A stretch of DNA of 39,282 bases from Minisyncoccota bacterium (GCA_036384675.1 DASVLW010000015.1:1-39282), one strand, 5' to 3'. Counted from the first letter of the stretch, positions 1 to 10,249 are shown. A program made the numbers and translations. Notes: generated by a model not told the origin, from the sequence alone.

Positions 1-21
1 CCCGCCGGGGAGCGGAGCGAG

Positions 22-124
22 GGCGGCAGTGGGCGGCAAAAGACAATGTTCAAGCTGCCGGATAAGCAGCGTTAGTGATGGGCGTACCTGCTGTATAGAT
101 TGGCTTTTGCCGCCCGCTGCCGCC
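22..124. repeat. 21-nt inverted repeat pair (22-42 and 104-124, one mismatch) enclosing a 61-bp segment upstream of the first pilin gene
   Basis: Read directly: ggcggcagtgggcggcaaaag (22-42) versus cttttgccgcccgctgccgcc (104-124). The reverse complements differ at a single position. Confidence 0.7.
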
Positions 125-238
125 TGAGTGGAGCGGGCGTTATCCCCATGGGGGACCACGCCCAAAGAGGCCGCAGGCTACAATGGCGGAAGCGGACCGA
201 TTACTCATAAGCCCGCACCACTTAATACACTCGACATT

Positions 239-670
239 ATGAAGCTTGGACATCTGCGACGCGGTTTCACCCTCATCGAACTCCTCGTCGTGATCGCGAT
301 TATCGGCATCCTCTCGTCCGTCGTTCTCGCCTCGCTCAACACGGCGCGCACGAAGGGCAATTACGCGGCGGTGAAGTCGAACCTCTCGACCATCCAGACG
401 CAGGCGGAACTTGACTACGACGCCGCGCCGAACAGCTACGGCACCGTCACGTCCGCCGGCACCTGCGGCGGCACCGGCATGTTCGCGGACAACACCATCC
501 TCGGCGCTGTCGCTTCGGCGCGCAGCGCGGGCGGTACGATGAGCTGCAACACCAACGGCACGGCATACGTAGTGTGGTCCACGACATCGGGTGCGACGTG
601 GTGCATCGACAGCCGCGGCGTCTCGACGACGACCATTCCAGGCTCGAGCAGCGCGACGTCCTGCTACTAA
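239..670 (+). CDS. Type IV pilin (major pilin candidate, paralogue 1) with a prepilin-type N-terminal cleavage/methylation signal
   Basis: MKLGHLRR-GFTLIELLVVIAIIGILSS class III signal (G/F cleavage site, Glu at +5). Small size, and a C-terminal Cys pair (WCIDSRG...SCY). The ATG at 239 is preferred over the GTG at 128 because it gives a short basic leader. Confidence 0.9.
   Translation: MKLGHLRRGFTLIELLVVIAIIGILSSVVLASLNTARTKGNYAAVKSNLSTIQTQAELDYDAAPNSYGTVTSAGTCGGTGMFADNTILGAVASARSAGGTMSCNTNGTAYVVWSTTSGATWCIDSRGVSTTTIPGSSSATSCY
266..405 (+). repeat. 140-nt block 100 percent identical to 846-985 (N-terminal coding part of pilin paralogues 1 and 2)
   Basis: Base-by-base comparison of the two stretches. 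A second identical 54-nt block is at 581-634 = 1161-1214. Confidence 0.95.
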
Positions 671-690
671 TTCCCGGGTTCGGGCGAGAA

Positions 691-718
691 AAAGCGGCCT
701 CTCGGAGGCCGCTTTTTC
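691..718 (+). terminator. Rho-independent terminator after pilin 1
   Basis: gcggcctc-tcg-gaggccgc hairpin (694-712) preceded by an A-run and followed by tttttc. Confidence 0.8.
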
Positions 719-806
719 TTTCCCCAGAGGCGCGGCATCCCTGCCAGGCGGTCGTATATACTGAATGCAATAGCGCCTGCCGCTATCAACCTTATCCTTC
801 TCACTT

Positions 807-1247
807 ATGATCAATACCCACCAGCGCCGCGCTCTCGAACGAGGCTTCACCCTCATCGAACTCCTCGTCGTGATCGCGATTATCGGCATCCTCTCGTCCG
901 TCGTTCTCGCCTCGCTCAACACGGCGCGCACGAAGGGCAATTACGCGGCGGTGAAGTCGAACCTCTCGACCATCCAGACGCAGGCCGAGCTCGACTACGA
1001 TGCTGCCAACAGCTACGGAGCGAATACCTCGACCGACGCCTGCACCGGCTCGACCGGCATGTTCGCCGACGCGACGGTCCTCGGCGCTATCCGTTCGGCG
1101 GCGAGCGCGGGCGGCACCATGAAGTGCAATTCCACCGCAAGCGCGTATGCCGTCTGGTCAACGACATCGGGTGCGACGTGGTGCATCGACAGCCGCGGCG
1201 TCTCGACGACGACCGTTCCAGGAACCGGACAGACACAGTGCTACTAG
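807..1247 (+). CDS. Type IV pilin (major pilin candidate, paralogue 2)
   Basis: MINTHQRRALER-GFTLIELLVVIAIIGILSS signal. The N-terminal 60 aa and C-terminal WSTTSGATWCIDSRGVSTTT are shared with pilin 1, while the central region diverges. Confidence 0.9.
   Translation: MINTHQRRALERGFTLIELLVVIAIIGILSSVVLASLNTARTKGNYAAVKSNLSTIQTQAELDYDAANSYGANTSTDACTGSTGMFADATVLGAIRSAASAGGTMKCNSTASAYAVWSTTSGATWCIDSRGVSTTTVPGTGQTQCY
846..985 (+). repeat. Second copy of the 140-nt identical block (see 266-405)
   Basis: Direct sequence comparison. Confidence 0.95.
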
Positions 1248-1267
1248 CGTAGCGCAGGTTCCAAGCC

Positions 1268-1294
1268 GAAACGGCCGCGGATGCGGCCGTTTCT
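1268..1294 (+). terminator. Hairpin terminator after pilin 2
   Basis: acggccgc-ggat-gcggccgt stem-loop (1271-1290) followed by ttct. Confidence 0.6.
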
Positions 1295-1344
1295 CGTATC
1301 CGGGCTGCTATACTTCATGCGTGGCGACGCTGCAGCTCGTATCC

Positions 1345-2070
1345 ATGTTCGTTTTAGGCGCGATACTCGCGAGCTTCGCGGGCGTCATCGCGGGGCGCCT
1401 TAACACGGGGCAGTCATGGGCGCGCGGCCGCTCCCGGTGCGACGCCTGCGCGCGCACGCTCGCACTCGCGGACCTCTTCCCGGTGCTCTCATGGCTCGCC
1501 TCAGGCGGACGCTGCCGCGGCTGCGGCGCCCGGATACCGGTCGCAAGCCCGCTCGGCGAAGCGGCGCTCGGCGCCGCGTTCGCGTGGGCGTACCTGAGTA
1601 TCGGCTTCGCGCCCGCACTCCTGCCGTTCCTCGCTGCGCTGGTGGTGCTGTGCGCGCTCGTGCTTTATGATCTGGCCCACACCATCGTCCCGCCGGGCCT
1701 GTCCGCGCTCCTCGCGCTCCTCGCGCTCGCGTATGCCGCCGTCGCGACCGCGAGCTGGGCGTCGTTCGGTCTCGCGCTCGCTATCGCCGGCGCCATCGCG
1801 CTCGCACTCGCGCTGCTGCACCTGCTGTCGGGCGGCCGCGCCATGGGACTCGGCGACGCGCCGGTCGCGTTCTCGCTCTCGCTGCTTGCGGCGCCGTACG
1901 CGCTTGCCGGCCTCGCGTTCTCGTTCTGGATAGGCGCGGCCGTCGGCGTGCTCATCCTCGCGGGAAAGCCCCGGGGACAGCGGGCGGGCACGGAAGTCCC
2001 GTTCGTTCCATTCCTCGCCGCAGGATTCCTGCTCGCGTGCTTTACTCATATAAATCCTTTCCCATGGTAG
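1345..2070 (+). CDS. pilD: Prepilin peptidase (A24 family, PilD-like)
   Basis: N-terminal CDAC...CRGC zinc-type motif, polytopic Ala/Leu-rich membrane body, candidate catalytic Asp contexts LYDLAHT and GLGDAP. Embedded between pilin genes. The start is taken at ATG 1345 (in-frame GTG 1321 is possible). The longer ORF from 1147 overlaps pilin 2 and is rejected. Confidence 0.85.
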   Translation: MFVLGAILASFAGVIAGRLNTGQSWARGRSRCDACARTLALADLFPVLSWLASGGRCRGCGARIPVASPLGEAALGAAFAWAYLSIGFAPALLPFLAALVVLCALVLYDLAHTIVPPGLSALLALLALAYAAVATASWASFGLALAIAGAIALALALLHLLSGGRAMGLGDAPVAFSLSLLAAPYALAGLAFSFWIGAAVGVLILAGKPRGQRAGTEVPFVPFLAAGFLLACFTHINPFPW

Positions 2071-2498
2071 CTATCCGCCCGCATCGCCCCCGAGTCCTCC
2101 GCACCGGCTTCACGCTCGTCGAGCTGCTCGTCGTGATCGCCATCATCGGCATCCTCTCGACCATCGTGCTCGTGAGCCTCAACATTGCGCGGAACAAGGG
2201 CATCATGGCTTCCATGCAGACCAATCTGCACACGCTCCAGATCGAAGCGGAGATATATTACGCAAACAACGGCAACAGCTACGGTACGACCGCGGCGGGA
2301 ACCACGACTGCCAATTGCGCGAGCGCGATGTTCTCGGCCGATTCGGCGATAGCAAGCGCCCTGCAGGAAGCGCGGCAGACCGGCGCGGCCGTATCGTGCG
2401 GCGCACAGGGCAGGTATTACAGCGTCTCGGCTTCCGGGAGCGCGGGCACCTGGTGCGTCAACAACGACGGGCTCGCGACGACGACCCCCGGCTGCTAG
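2064..2498 (+). CDS. Type IV pilin (paralogue 3, divergent)
   Basis: MVAIRPHRPRVLRT-GFTLVELLVVIAIIGILST signal and a C-terminal Cys pair (WCVNNDG...PGC). Its start overlaps the peptidase stop (ATGGTAG). Confidence 0.88.
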   Translation: MVAIRPHRPRVLRTGFTLVELLVVIAIIGILSTIVLVSLNIARNKGIMASMQTNLHTLQIEAEIYYANNGNSYGTTAAGTTTANCASAMFSADSAIASALQEARQTGAAVSCGAQGRYYSVSASGSAGTWCVNNDGLATTTPGC

Positions 2499-2549
2499 CG
2501 AAGATATAGGCACCCGCGCCTGTTGGTAGGGAAGCCGCGAGGGCTTAGG

Positions 2550-5500
2550 ATGGTGGTAATGCCCGCCTTGTTCCATGCGCGCCTGAAGCGCTTGCAGCGT
2601 ATGAACGACCGGAAGCCGCTCCGGGGCTTCACGCTCATCGAGATGCTCGTCGTGCTCGCCATCATCGTCGTCATCAGCGCCATCGTGTTCACCGGGGAGA
2701 ACAATTTCAACCGCTCGTTCTTCATCACCAACACCGTGTATGACGTCGCGCTCACCCTGCGCCAGGCGCAGACGTACGGTCTCTCGAGCCAGGCGTACGG
2801 GGCGACGCAGAATGCGGGATACGGCATTTATATAAGCAATGAGTCGCCGTCGACGTACGTCATGTTCGCCGACGTGGGCGGCAGCGATCCGCCGGACAAC
2901 TGCGACACCGGCACGGCCGGGACCCCGACCGCGAAGCCTGGCAACTGCCTCTATGACGGCGCGGGGGAGCAGGTCCAGTCGTTCACGCTCGGCAACGGCT
3001 TCGCCATCACGAATTTCTGCATCGTCCCGGCCAGCGGCTCGGCGAATTGCTATACGCCCGCAGACGATCCCACGCAGGCGCTTTCCATGGTGTTCTCGCG
3101 CCCCAATGAAGACGCCATCATCAATACCGTGTCGGGCAGCGGCAGCGCGACGGTCGCGACGAGCGCATGCTTCACCATATCCGACTCCGTCGGCGACAGC
3201 CGCTACGTATCGGTCGCGCAATCCGGGCGCGTTGCCATCGCGGCGGGCTGTGATGCCGACCAGCTGAGCGGCGGAGGCGGCAGCACCGGCGGCGACGGCA
3301 GCGGCGGACTCGGCGGCGGTTCACCCGCGCCGCACTGCACGCTCGTCGCGGACCCTTCTTCCATTTCGGCGGGAGATTCTTCGGGGCTTACGCTCAATTC
3401 GACCAACGCGACGAGCGCATCCATAGACCATGACGTGGGTCCGGTCGGCGTCAACAGCACGAAATCCGTCTCGCCGACGGAGACGACGCTCTATACGGCG
3501 ATTGTGAACGGGCTCGGCGGCTCGAGCACCTGTACGGCGGCCATAACGGTCACGGCGCCGCAGCCGACATGCACGCTCACCCTGTCGCCGACATCGATAT
3601 CTGCCGGCGGCTCCTCGACGCTCACGTGGGACACGACGGGCGCCACGAGCATCAATATCGACAACGGCATCGGCAGCAAGACGCCGGTCGGCCACGGCAC
3701 CATGACGGTATCGCCGTCGAGCGACACCACATATACCGCGACGGCGGCGGGGCCGGGCGGCAGCACCAATTGCACCGCGTCGCTCAGCGTCACGGCGTCG
3801 CAGCTGAAGACTATTTTCCTCACGTCCGGTACATCGTGGACTGTGCCGGCAGACTGGGACAATGCCCATAATTCCATCGAGGTCATCGGCGGCGGCGGCT
3901 CGGGAGCGGCAGCGGGTGTCGGTTCGCACGGTGGCGGTGGCGGTGGCGCGTACGCGCTCGTCTCCGCCCGCACGCTGACGCCGGGCGCACACATCACGTA
4001 CCAGGTCGGTCCGGGCGGCACGGGCGTCGCGCAAAGCAATCCGGGCAATGGCGGCGGCGACACCTATTTCAACGGTACCGGCACGACCTGCGCGAGTCAG
4101 ATGGTTTGCGCCAAGGGAGGGCAAGGCGGACAGGTCGCGAGCGCCGGCGCTGGCGGTGCCGCGGCAAGCTCAATTGGTTCAACCAGATATTCCGGCGGTG
4201 CCGGCAGTTACGGGGCTGGTGGCGGATCGAACGGCGGCGGCGCAGCCGGGCCTAATGGCGACGGTGGTGCGGGCACTAGCAGCGCGGGCGGCACGGCGGA
4301 TGCGGGCGACGGCGGTGCCGGCGGCAAATCCGGATTGCTTCCAGGCGGCAATGGCACCGAATGGGATTCGACTCACGGTGCCGGCGGCGGCGGATACAGT
4401 GTCGCAGGTGTCAACACGACCGGAGTCGGCGGCAATTACGGCGGCGGCGGCGGCCGCGGAAACACCCAGAGCGCGGCAGGAGCGCAGGGTCTCATCGTCA
4501 TCATGTATGGCGGAAACGCCGGCGCGGGCGGCGTCGGGGGCGGCACCGAAACCCAGCCGGCTCCTACTTGTACGCTCACTGCGTCGCCGACCGCGATAAA
4601 CGCCGGCGGCTCGTCGATGCTCACTTGGACGACAACGGATGCGACGTCGATCACGATCAGCGGCGGCGTCGGATCGGTGACGCCGGTATCGGGCGGCTCC
4701 ACGACCGTCTCGCCGACCGTCGATACTACGTACACTGCGACAGTCAACGGCGCGGGCGGCAGCGGCAACTGCCAAGCGACGACCATAACCGTCAAGCACA
4801 CCACTCCTCAGACGATATTCCTGACATCTGGGTTCACGTGGACCGTGCCAAGCGATTGGAGTACCACCAATAAGGTCGAAGTAATCGGGCCAGTCGGGGT
4901 AGGCGGCATAGGAAGCAACAATGGTTCCGGAGGCGGCGGCGGCGGCGGATATGCAAGCGTGTCGAATCTTGCGCTCACTTCCGGAACATCGGTCAGCTAT
5001 AGCGTGTCCGGCAATTATTCCTACTTCGGAGCCAGCAGCTGCAATAACGCCTATGTATGCGCCGCCGCCGGCGGCGACGGAGGCTCGAGCGGCACCGCGG
5101 GCGCCGGCGGCGCGGGAATCGTGGGCTCCGTCCTCTTCACGGGCGGCAATGGCGGTACCGGCGATGGCGGCGGCTTCCTGGCCGGATTCGGCGGCGGCGG
5201 CGGCGGCGCGGCCGGCCCGCATGGCAAAGGAGCCAACGGCGGCAATGCCGTGTCTGGAACAGCCGGCGGCGCTGGCGGCAGAGGCGACAACGGTTCAGGA
5301 GGCACCGGAGGTGCGGCAGGGGCCGATGGCAATGCCGGTACCGAATGGGACTCGACGCATGGGTCGGGCGGCGGCGGCGGCGGAGCGAACGGCAACGGCG
5401 GAGGGGGAGGAGGTGGGGGTTTCATAAGCAAATTGCCTGACGATGGCAGTGCGTCCATGCCGGCGTATATGCTTGCCGCTGACAGCCGCCTCGCCTTCGG

Positions 5501-5663
5501 CTGGCTCGACGCTTCGCCGCTCAGGATCGCGGCCGGCGTCGGAGGCAGTGGCGGCGGCCTTTACGGCGCGGGCGGCGGCGGCGGGGGTTCCGGCGGCCCG
5601 GGCATCATCGTTATCACGTATACTCCTGCAACAGGCGGCGGGCATCCTCCAGTATCGCCATAG
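2550..5663 (+). CDS. Giant chimeric pseudopilin. It combines a prepilin signal, a FimT/GspH-like minor pilin domain, three Cys-bounded Ig-like repeats and two glycine-rich domains.
   Basis: RGFTLIEMLVVLAIIVVISAIVF signal. An internal module is duplicated (see findings). Start is uncertain: ATG 2550 has GAGGG 6 nt upstream, and ATG 2601 would give a 9-aa leader. The end is firm. Confidence 0.85.
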   Translation: MVVMPALFHARLKRLQRMNDRKPLRGFTLIEMLVVLAIIVVISAIVFTGENNFNRSFFITNTVYDVALTLRQAQTYGLSSQAYGATQNAGYGIYISNESPSTYVMFADVGGSDPPDNCDTGTAGTPTAKPGNCLYDGAGEQVQSFTLGNGFAITNFCIVPASGSANCYTPADDPTQALSMVFSRPNEDAIINTVSGSGSATVATSACFTISDSVGDSRYVSVAQSGRVAIAAGCDADQLSGGGGSTGGDGSGGLGGGSPAPHCTLVADPSSISAGDSSGLTLNSTNATSASIDHDVGPVGVNSTKSVSPTETTLYTAIVNGLGGSSTCTAAITVTAPQPTCTLTLSPTSISAGGSSTLTWDTTGATSINIDNGIGSKTPVGHGTMTVSPSSDTTYTATAAGPGGSTNCTASLSVTASQLKTIFLTSGTSWTVPADWDNAHNSIEVIGGGGSGAAAGVGSHGGGGGGAYALVSARTLTPGAHITYQVGPGGTGVAQSNPGNGGGDTYFNGTGTTCASQMVCAKGGQGGQVASAGAGGAAASSIGSTRYSGGAGSYGAGGGSNGGGAAGPNGDGGAGTSSAGGTADAGDGGAGGKSGLLPGGNGTEWDSTHGAGGGGYSVAGVNTTGVGGNYGGGGGRGNTQSAAGAQGLIVIMYGGNAGAGGVGGGTETQPAPTCTLTASPTAINAGGSSMLTWTTTDATSITISGGVGSVTPVSGGSTTVSPTVDTTYTATVNGAGGSGNCQATTITVKHTTPQTIFLTSGFTWTVPSDWSTTNKVEVIGPVGVGGIGSNNGSGGGGGGGYASVSNLALTSGTSVSYSVSGNYSYFGASSCNNAYVCAAAGGDGGSSGTAGAGGAGIVGSVLFTGGNGGTGDGGGFLAGFGGGGGGAAGPHGKGANGGNAVSGTAGGAGGRGDNGSGGTGGAAGADGNAGTEWDSTHGSGGGGGGANGNGGGGGGGGFISKLPDDGSASMPAYMLAADSRLAFGWLDASPLRIAAGVGGSGGGLYGAGGGGGGSGGPGIIVITYTPATGGGHPPVSP

Positions 5664-5667
5664 CCCT

Positions 5668-7005
5668 ATGTCGAACCATCATTCTCAGCGCGGATACACC
5701 CTTATTGAACTCATCGTTTCAGTGGGCATATTCAGTATCGTGATGCTGCTCGCGTCCGGCGCGTACCTTTCGCTCATCAGCTACACGCGCGAAGCGCGCG
5801 CCGTGAGCACCGTCATGACGAGCCTTTCATACGGCATCGACCAGATGAGCCGCGAGATACGCACGGGCACCGATTACCAGTGCGGCACCGGCGGCTGCGC
5901 GAACGCATCGTCAATAACGGTTACGAACGACCAGGGGCATACGGTGAGCTACCTGCTCGCGGACGGTGCCATCGCGCGCTGCGTCGACGAATCCGTCTGC
6001 ACGGCGGCTATCGCCGTCCCGCTCACGGATCCGTCCATCGACGTCACGAGCCTCGTTTTCAATGTAAAAGGCAACACGTCGTCGAGCGACGGCGTGCAGC
6101 CCTACGTGACCATGACCGTGCGCGGCGAGGCGGCGGTCGCCGGGGAGTCTCCGGTGCCGTTTTCCATAGAAACATCCGCATCGCAGCGCACGCTCGACCT
6201 CGGCGGCTCTTCGGGCGGTTCCGGCGGCAGCGGGGATGACGGAGGCGGAGACACCGGCGGCGATACGTTCGCTACCGGCGGCACGGTGACGCAGAGCGGG
6301 GGATACACCATTCATACGTTCACGTCGAACGGCACCTTTACACCGACGACATCCGGCACGGTCGACGTGCTCGTCATCGGCGGCGGCGGCGGGGGAGGCA
6401 GCGGCAACAGCACGCAGTGCGTGATGGGCGGCGGCGGCGGCGCGGGAGGATTCGTCTATCAGGCCGGTGTCGCGGTGAGCGCCCAGTCTTACTCCATCAC
6501 GGTCGGTGCCGGCGGCCAGGGCGGATGGAGCGGCGCGCTCAATAATGGTGTCAACGGCGGGAGCAGTTTCTTCGGTTCGGTCGTCGGCGCGAACGGCGGC
6601 GGCGGCGGCGGATATGGAAACTGCAGCGGCGCAGGCGGTTCGGGTTCCGTGGGTGCGTCCGGCGGCGGCGGCGGATACGGCACCGGCGGCACGGTCAGCG
6701 GCGGCGCGGGAGGAACCGGCGGCCATAACGGTGCGACGAGCCAAACCGGCGGCACGTCTGGCGGCGGCGGCGGCGCGGGCGCTGCGGCGACCAGCGGTAT
6801 CGGCGGCGCGGGCGCATCCAACACCATATCGGGCTCAGCCGTTACGTATGCCACCGGTGGGCAGGGCAACACCACCGGTCTCACGGCAGGCGTCACGTCG
6901 CCGGCCGCGGCGGCAAACACCGGCAACGGCGGCGCAGGCGGCTGGAGCGCGACGGGCGGCAACGGCGGCTCGGGCATCGTGATAATCCGCTACCCGACGC
7001 CATGA
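5668..7005 (+). CDS. PilW/GspJ-like pseudopilin fused to a C-terminal glycine-rich domain
   Basis: MSNHHSQR-GYTLIELIVSVGIFSIVML signal. The C-terminal part (nt 6268-7002) begins GGYTIHTFTSNGTFTPTTSGTVDVLVIGGGGGGG and ends GGSGIVIIRYPTP, like the domains of the preceding gene. The ATG lies 5 nt after the upstream stop. Confidence 0.88.
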   Translation: MSNHHSQRGYTLIELIVSVGIFSIVMLLASGAYLSLISYTREARAVSTVMTSLSYGIDQMSREIRTGTDYQCGTGGCANASSITVTNDQGHTVSYLLADGAIARCVDESVCTAAIAVPLTDPSIDVTSLVFNVKGNTSSSDGVQPYVTMTVRGEAAVAGESPVPFSIETSASQRTLDLGGSSGGSGGSGDDGGGDTGGDTFATGGTVTQSGGYTIHTFTSNGTFTPTTSGTVDVLVIGGGGGGGSGNSTQCVMGGGGGAGGFVYQAGVAVSAQSYSITVGAGGQGGWSGALNNGVNGGSSFFGSVVGANGGGGGGYGNCSGAGGSGSVGASGGGGGYGTGGTVSGGAGGTGGHNGATSQTGGTSGGGGGAGAAATSGIGGAGASNTISGSAVTYATGGQGNTTGLTAGVTSPAAAANTGNGGAGGWSATGGNGGSGIVIIRYPTP

Positions 7006-7547
7006 ACCCTATGAATTACCGCGCGCCGCATGCAAAGCACCAGGGCTTCACCCTCGTCGAGACGCTGGTGGCTATCGCCATATTCACTATCGCCATCGTC
7101 GCGCCGTTCACTGCCGCGAGCCGCGCGCTCGCCGCCGCGGCCATCGCGCGCGATACGCTCGTCGCGACGAACCTCGCGCAGGAAGGCCTCGAAGGCGTGC
7201 GCGAATTGCGCACGAACGGATACCTGACTGACTCGAGCGACCCCGATCCGGACCTCGACCAGTACCTGGCCGACTGCATCTCGCCCAAGATATGCGACGT
7301 GAACAGCGCGCTCACGACGTACGCCTGCACGGGCAGCGCGTGTTCCGCGCTCTACCTCAACACGACGACCGGCGCATACACGCACACCGCAAGCGGCAGC
7401 ACCGTCTCGCCGTTTTCCCGCACCATCAGCATCCAGAAGAGTCCGAACGGTCAGTCCGGCACCGAGCGCGCGACGGTTACGGTGACGTGGACGTCGCACG
7501 GCGCGCATTCCGTAATCCTAACTGAAGATTTCTATGACTGGTTCTAA
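7002..7547 (+). CDS. PilV/GspI-like minor pseudopilin
   Basis: HQ-GFTLVETLVAIAIFTIAIVAPF prepilin-type signal. ATGA overlap with the upstream gene. Confidence 0.85.
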   Translation: MNPMNYRAPHAKHQGFTLVETLVAIAIFTIAIVAPFTAASRALAAAAIARDTLVATNLAQEGLEGVRELRTNGYLTDSSDPDPDLDQYLADCISPKICDVNSALTTYACTGSACSALYLNTTTGAYTHTASGSTVSPFSRTISIQKSPNGQSGTERATVTVTWTSHGAHSVILTEDFYDWF

Positions 7548-8049
7548 CGCATCATCGCGCTCGCGGGGCTTCACGCTCATCATCGCGGTCATACTCGCGG
7601 CGGTCGCGACCGCGATAGGGCTCGCGCTCTCTTCCATAGCCTTCAAGAGCGTCCGGCTGTCGGACACGGCACAGGACTCGTCCGCCGCGTTCTATGCCGC
7701 CGACACGGGCCTCGAATGCACGCTGTTCGCCGACCAGAAGCAGGCGGCGTTCGAGTACGCGACGCACGCGAGTCCGCTCGCTGCGGCGACGATGACATGC
7801 ATAACGCCTTCGGGCACGCAGTCCGTCACTCTTACGGCATCAACGTTCAACGGCTCGACTCTAAAGTTCGTCTCGCAGTCGCCGAGCGGCTATTCCGGCG
7901 GATGGTTCCCGGTGGCGGGCGGCGGCTGCGCCCGCATCACGGCGTTCAAGCAGTCGTCGAGCGCGACGACGCTCTATGCCGAGGGCCTGAACACCTGCGA
8001 CACGAGCAGTCCGCGGCTCGTGGAGCGCGGTATCTACTCATATTATTAA
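7534..8049 (+). CDS. PilX-like pilus assembly/minor pilin protein
   Basis: SRSR-GFTLIIAVILAAVATAIGLAL hydrophobic N-terminus without Glu+5, followed by AFYAADTGLE, as in the PilX N-terminal domain. It overlaps the upstream gene by 14 nt. Confidence 0.75.
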   Translation: MTGSNASSRSRGFTLIIAVILAAVATAIGLALSSIAFKSVRLSDTAQDSSAAFYAADTGLECTLFADQKQAAFEYATHASPLAAATMTCITPSGTQSVTLTASTFNGSTLKFVSQSPSGYSGGWFPVAGGGCARITAFKQSSSATTLYAEGLNTCDTSSPRLVERGIYSYY

Positions 8050-8157
8050 CGCCCGCTCCCTCAAGGAGCCGGGAAGTCCCTCTCGGGTCCGGCATACTTT
8101 TCTGCTGAAAAGTCGCCTCACTCTCGCGCCGCCGCGCTCCGAGAGCCCCTCGATTGA

Positions 8158-10236
<2,079 letters not shown>

Positions 10237-10249
10237 TAGAGTGACCGTT

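Noticed and set aside
95-125. Sigma54 (-24/-12) promoter upstream of the pilin gene, suggested by tggcttttgccgc
   Set aside because: The spacing between the GG and GC elements does not fit TGGCAC-N5-TTGC. No such element precedes the other pilin genes.
1147-1344. N-terminal extensions offered by the ORF track. These are: 128 for pilin 1, 1147 for the peptidase, 2037 for pilin 3 and 5443 for the PilW-like gene. They also include 16751 for cyoD, 17317 for cyoE, 18563, 22451 and 31258 for the GNAT.
   Set aside because: The extensions overlap upstream genes or terminators and encode Arg-rich junk. Internal ATGs give canonical N-termini (prepilin leaders, ATGA coupling, SD sequences).
2046-3221. 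Long antisense or out-of-frame ORFs throughout the GC-rich part. Examples: 140-940 (-), 2046-3221 (-), 3321-4124 (-), 4179-5222 (-), 5911-6744 (-), 9166-10530 (-), 10217-10969 (-), 11648-12682 (-), 14716-16155 (-), 15207-16439 (+), 16562-17638 (-), 20115-21884 (-), 25757-26674 (-)
   Set aside because: Their translations are Arg/Ala/Pro/Gly-rich, as expected from stop-codon depletion in high-GC DNA. They lie fully inside genes with clear family signatures on the other frame or strand.
3890-6980. Highly repetitive GGCGGC-rich tracts that could be mistaken for a tandem repeat or CRISPR-like array
   Set aside because: There is no regular repeat-spacer periodicity. The tracts are in-frame poly-Gly/Gly-x coding sequence within the glycine-rich domains of two pseudopilin genes.
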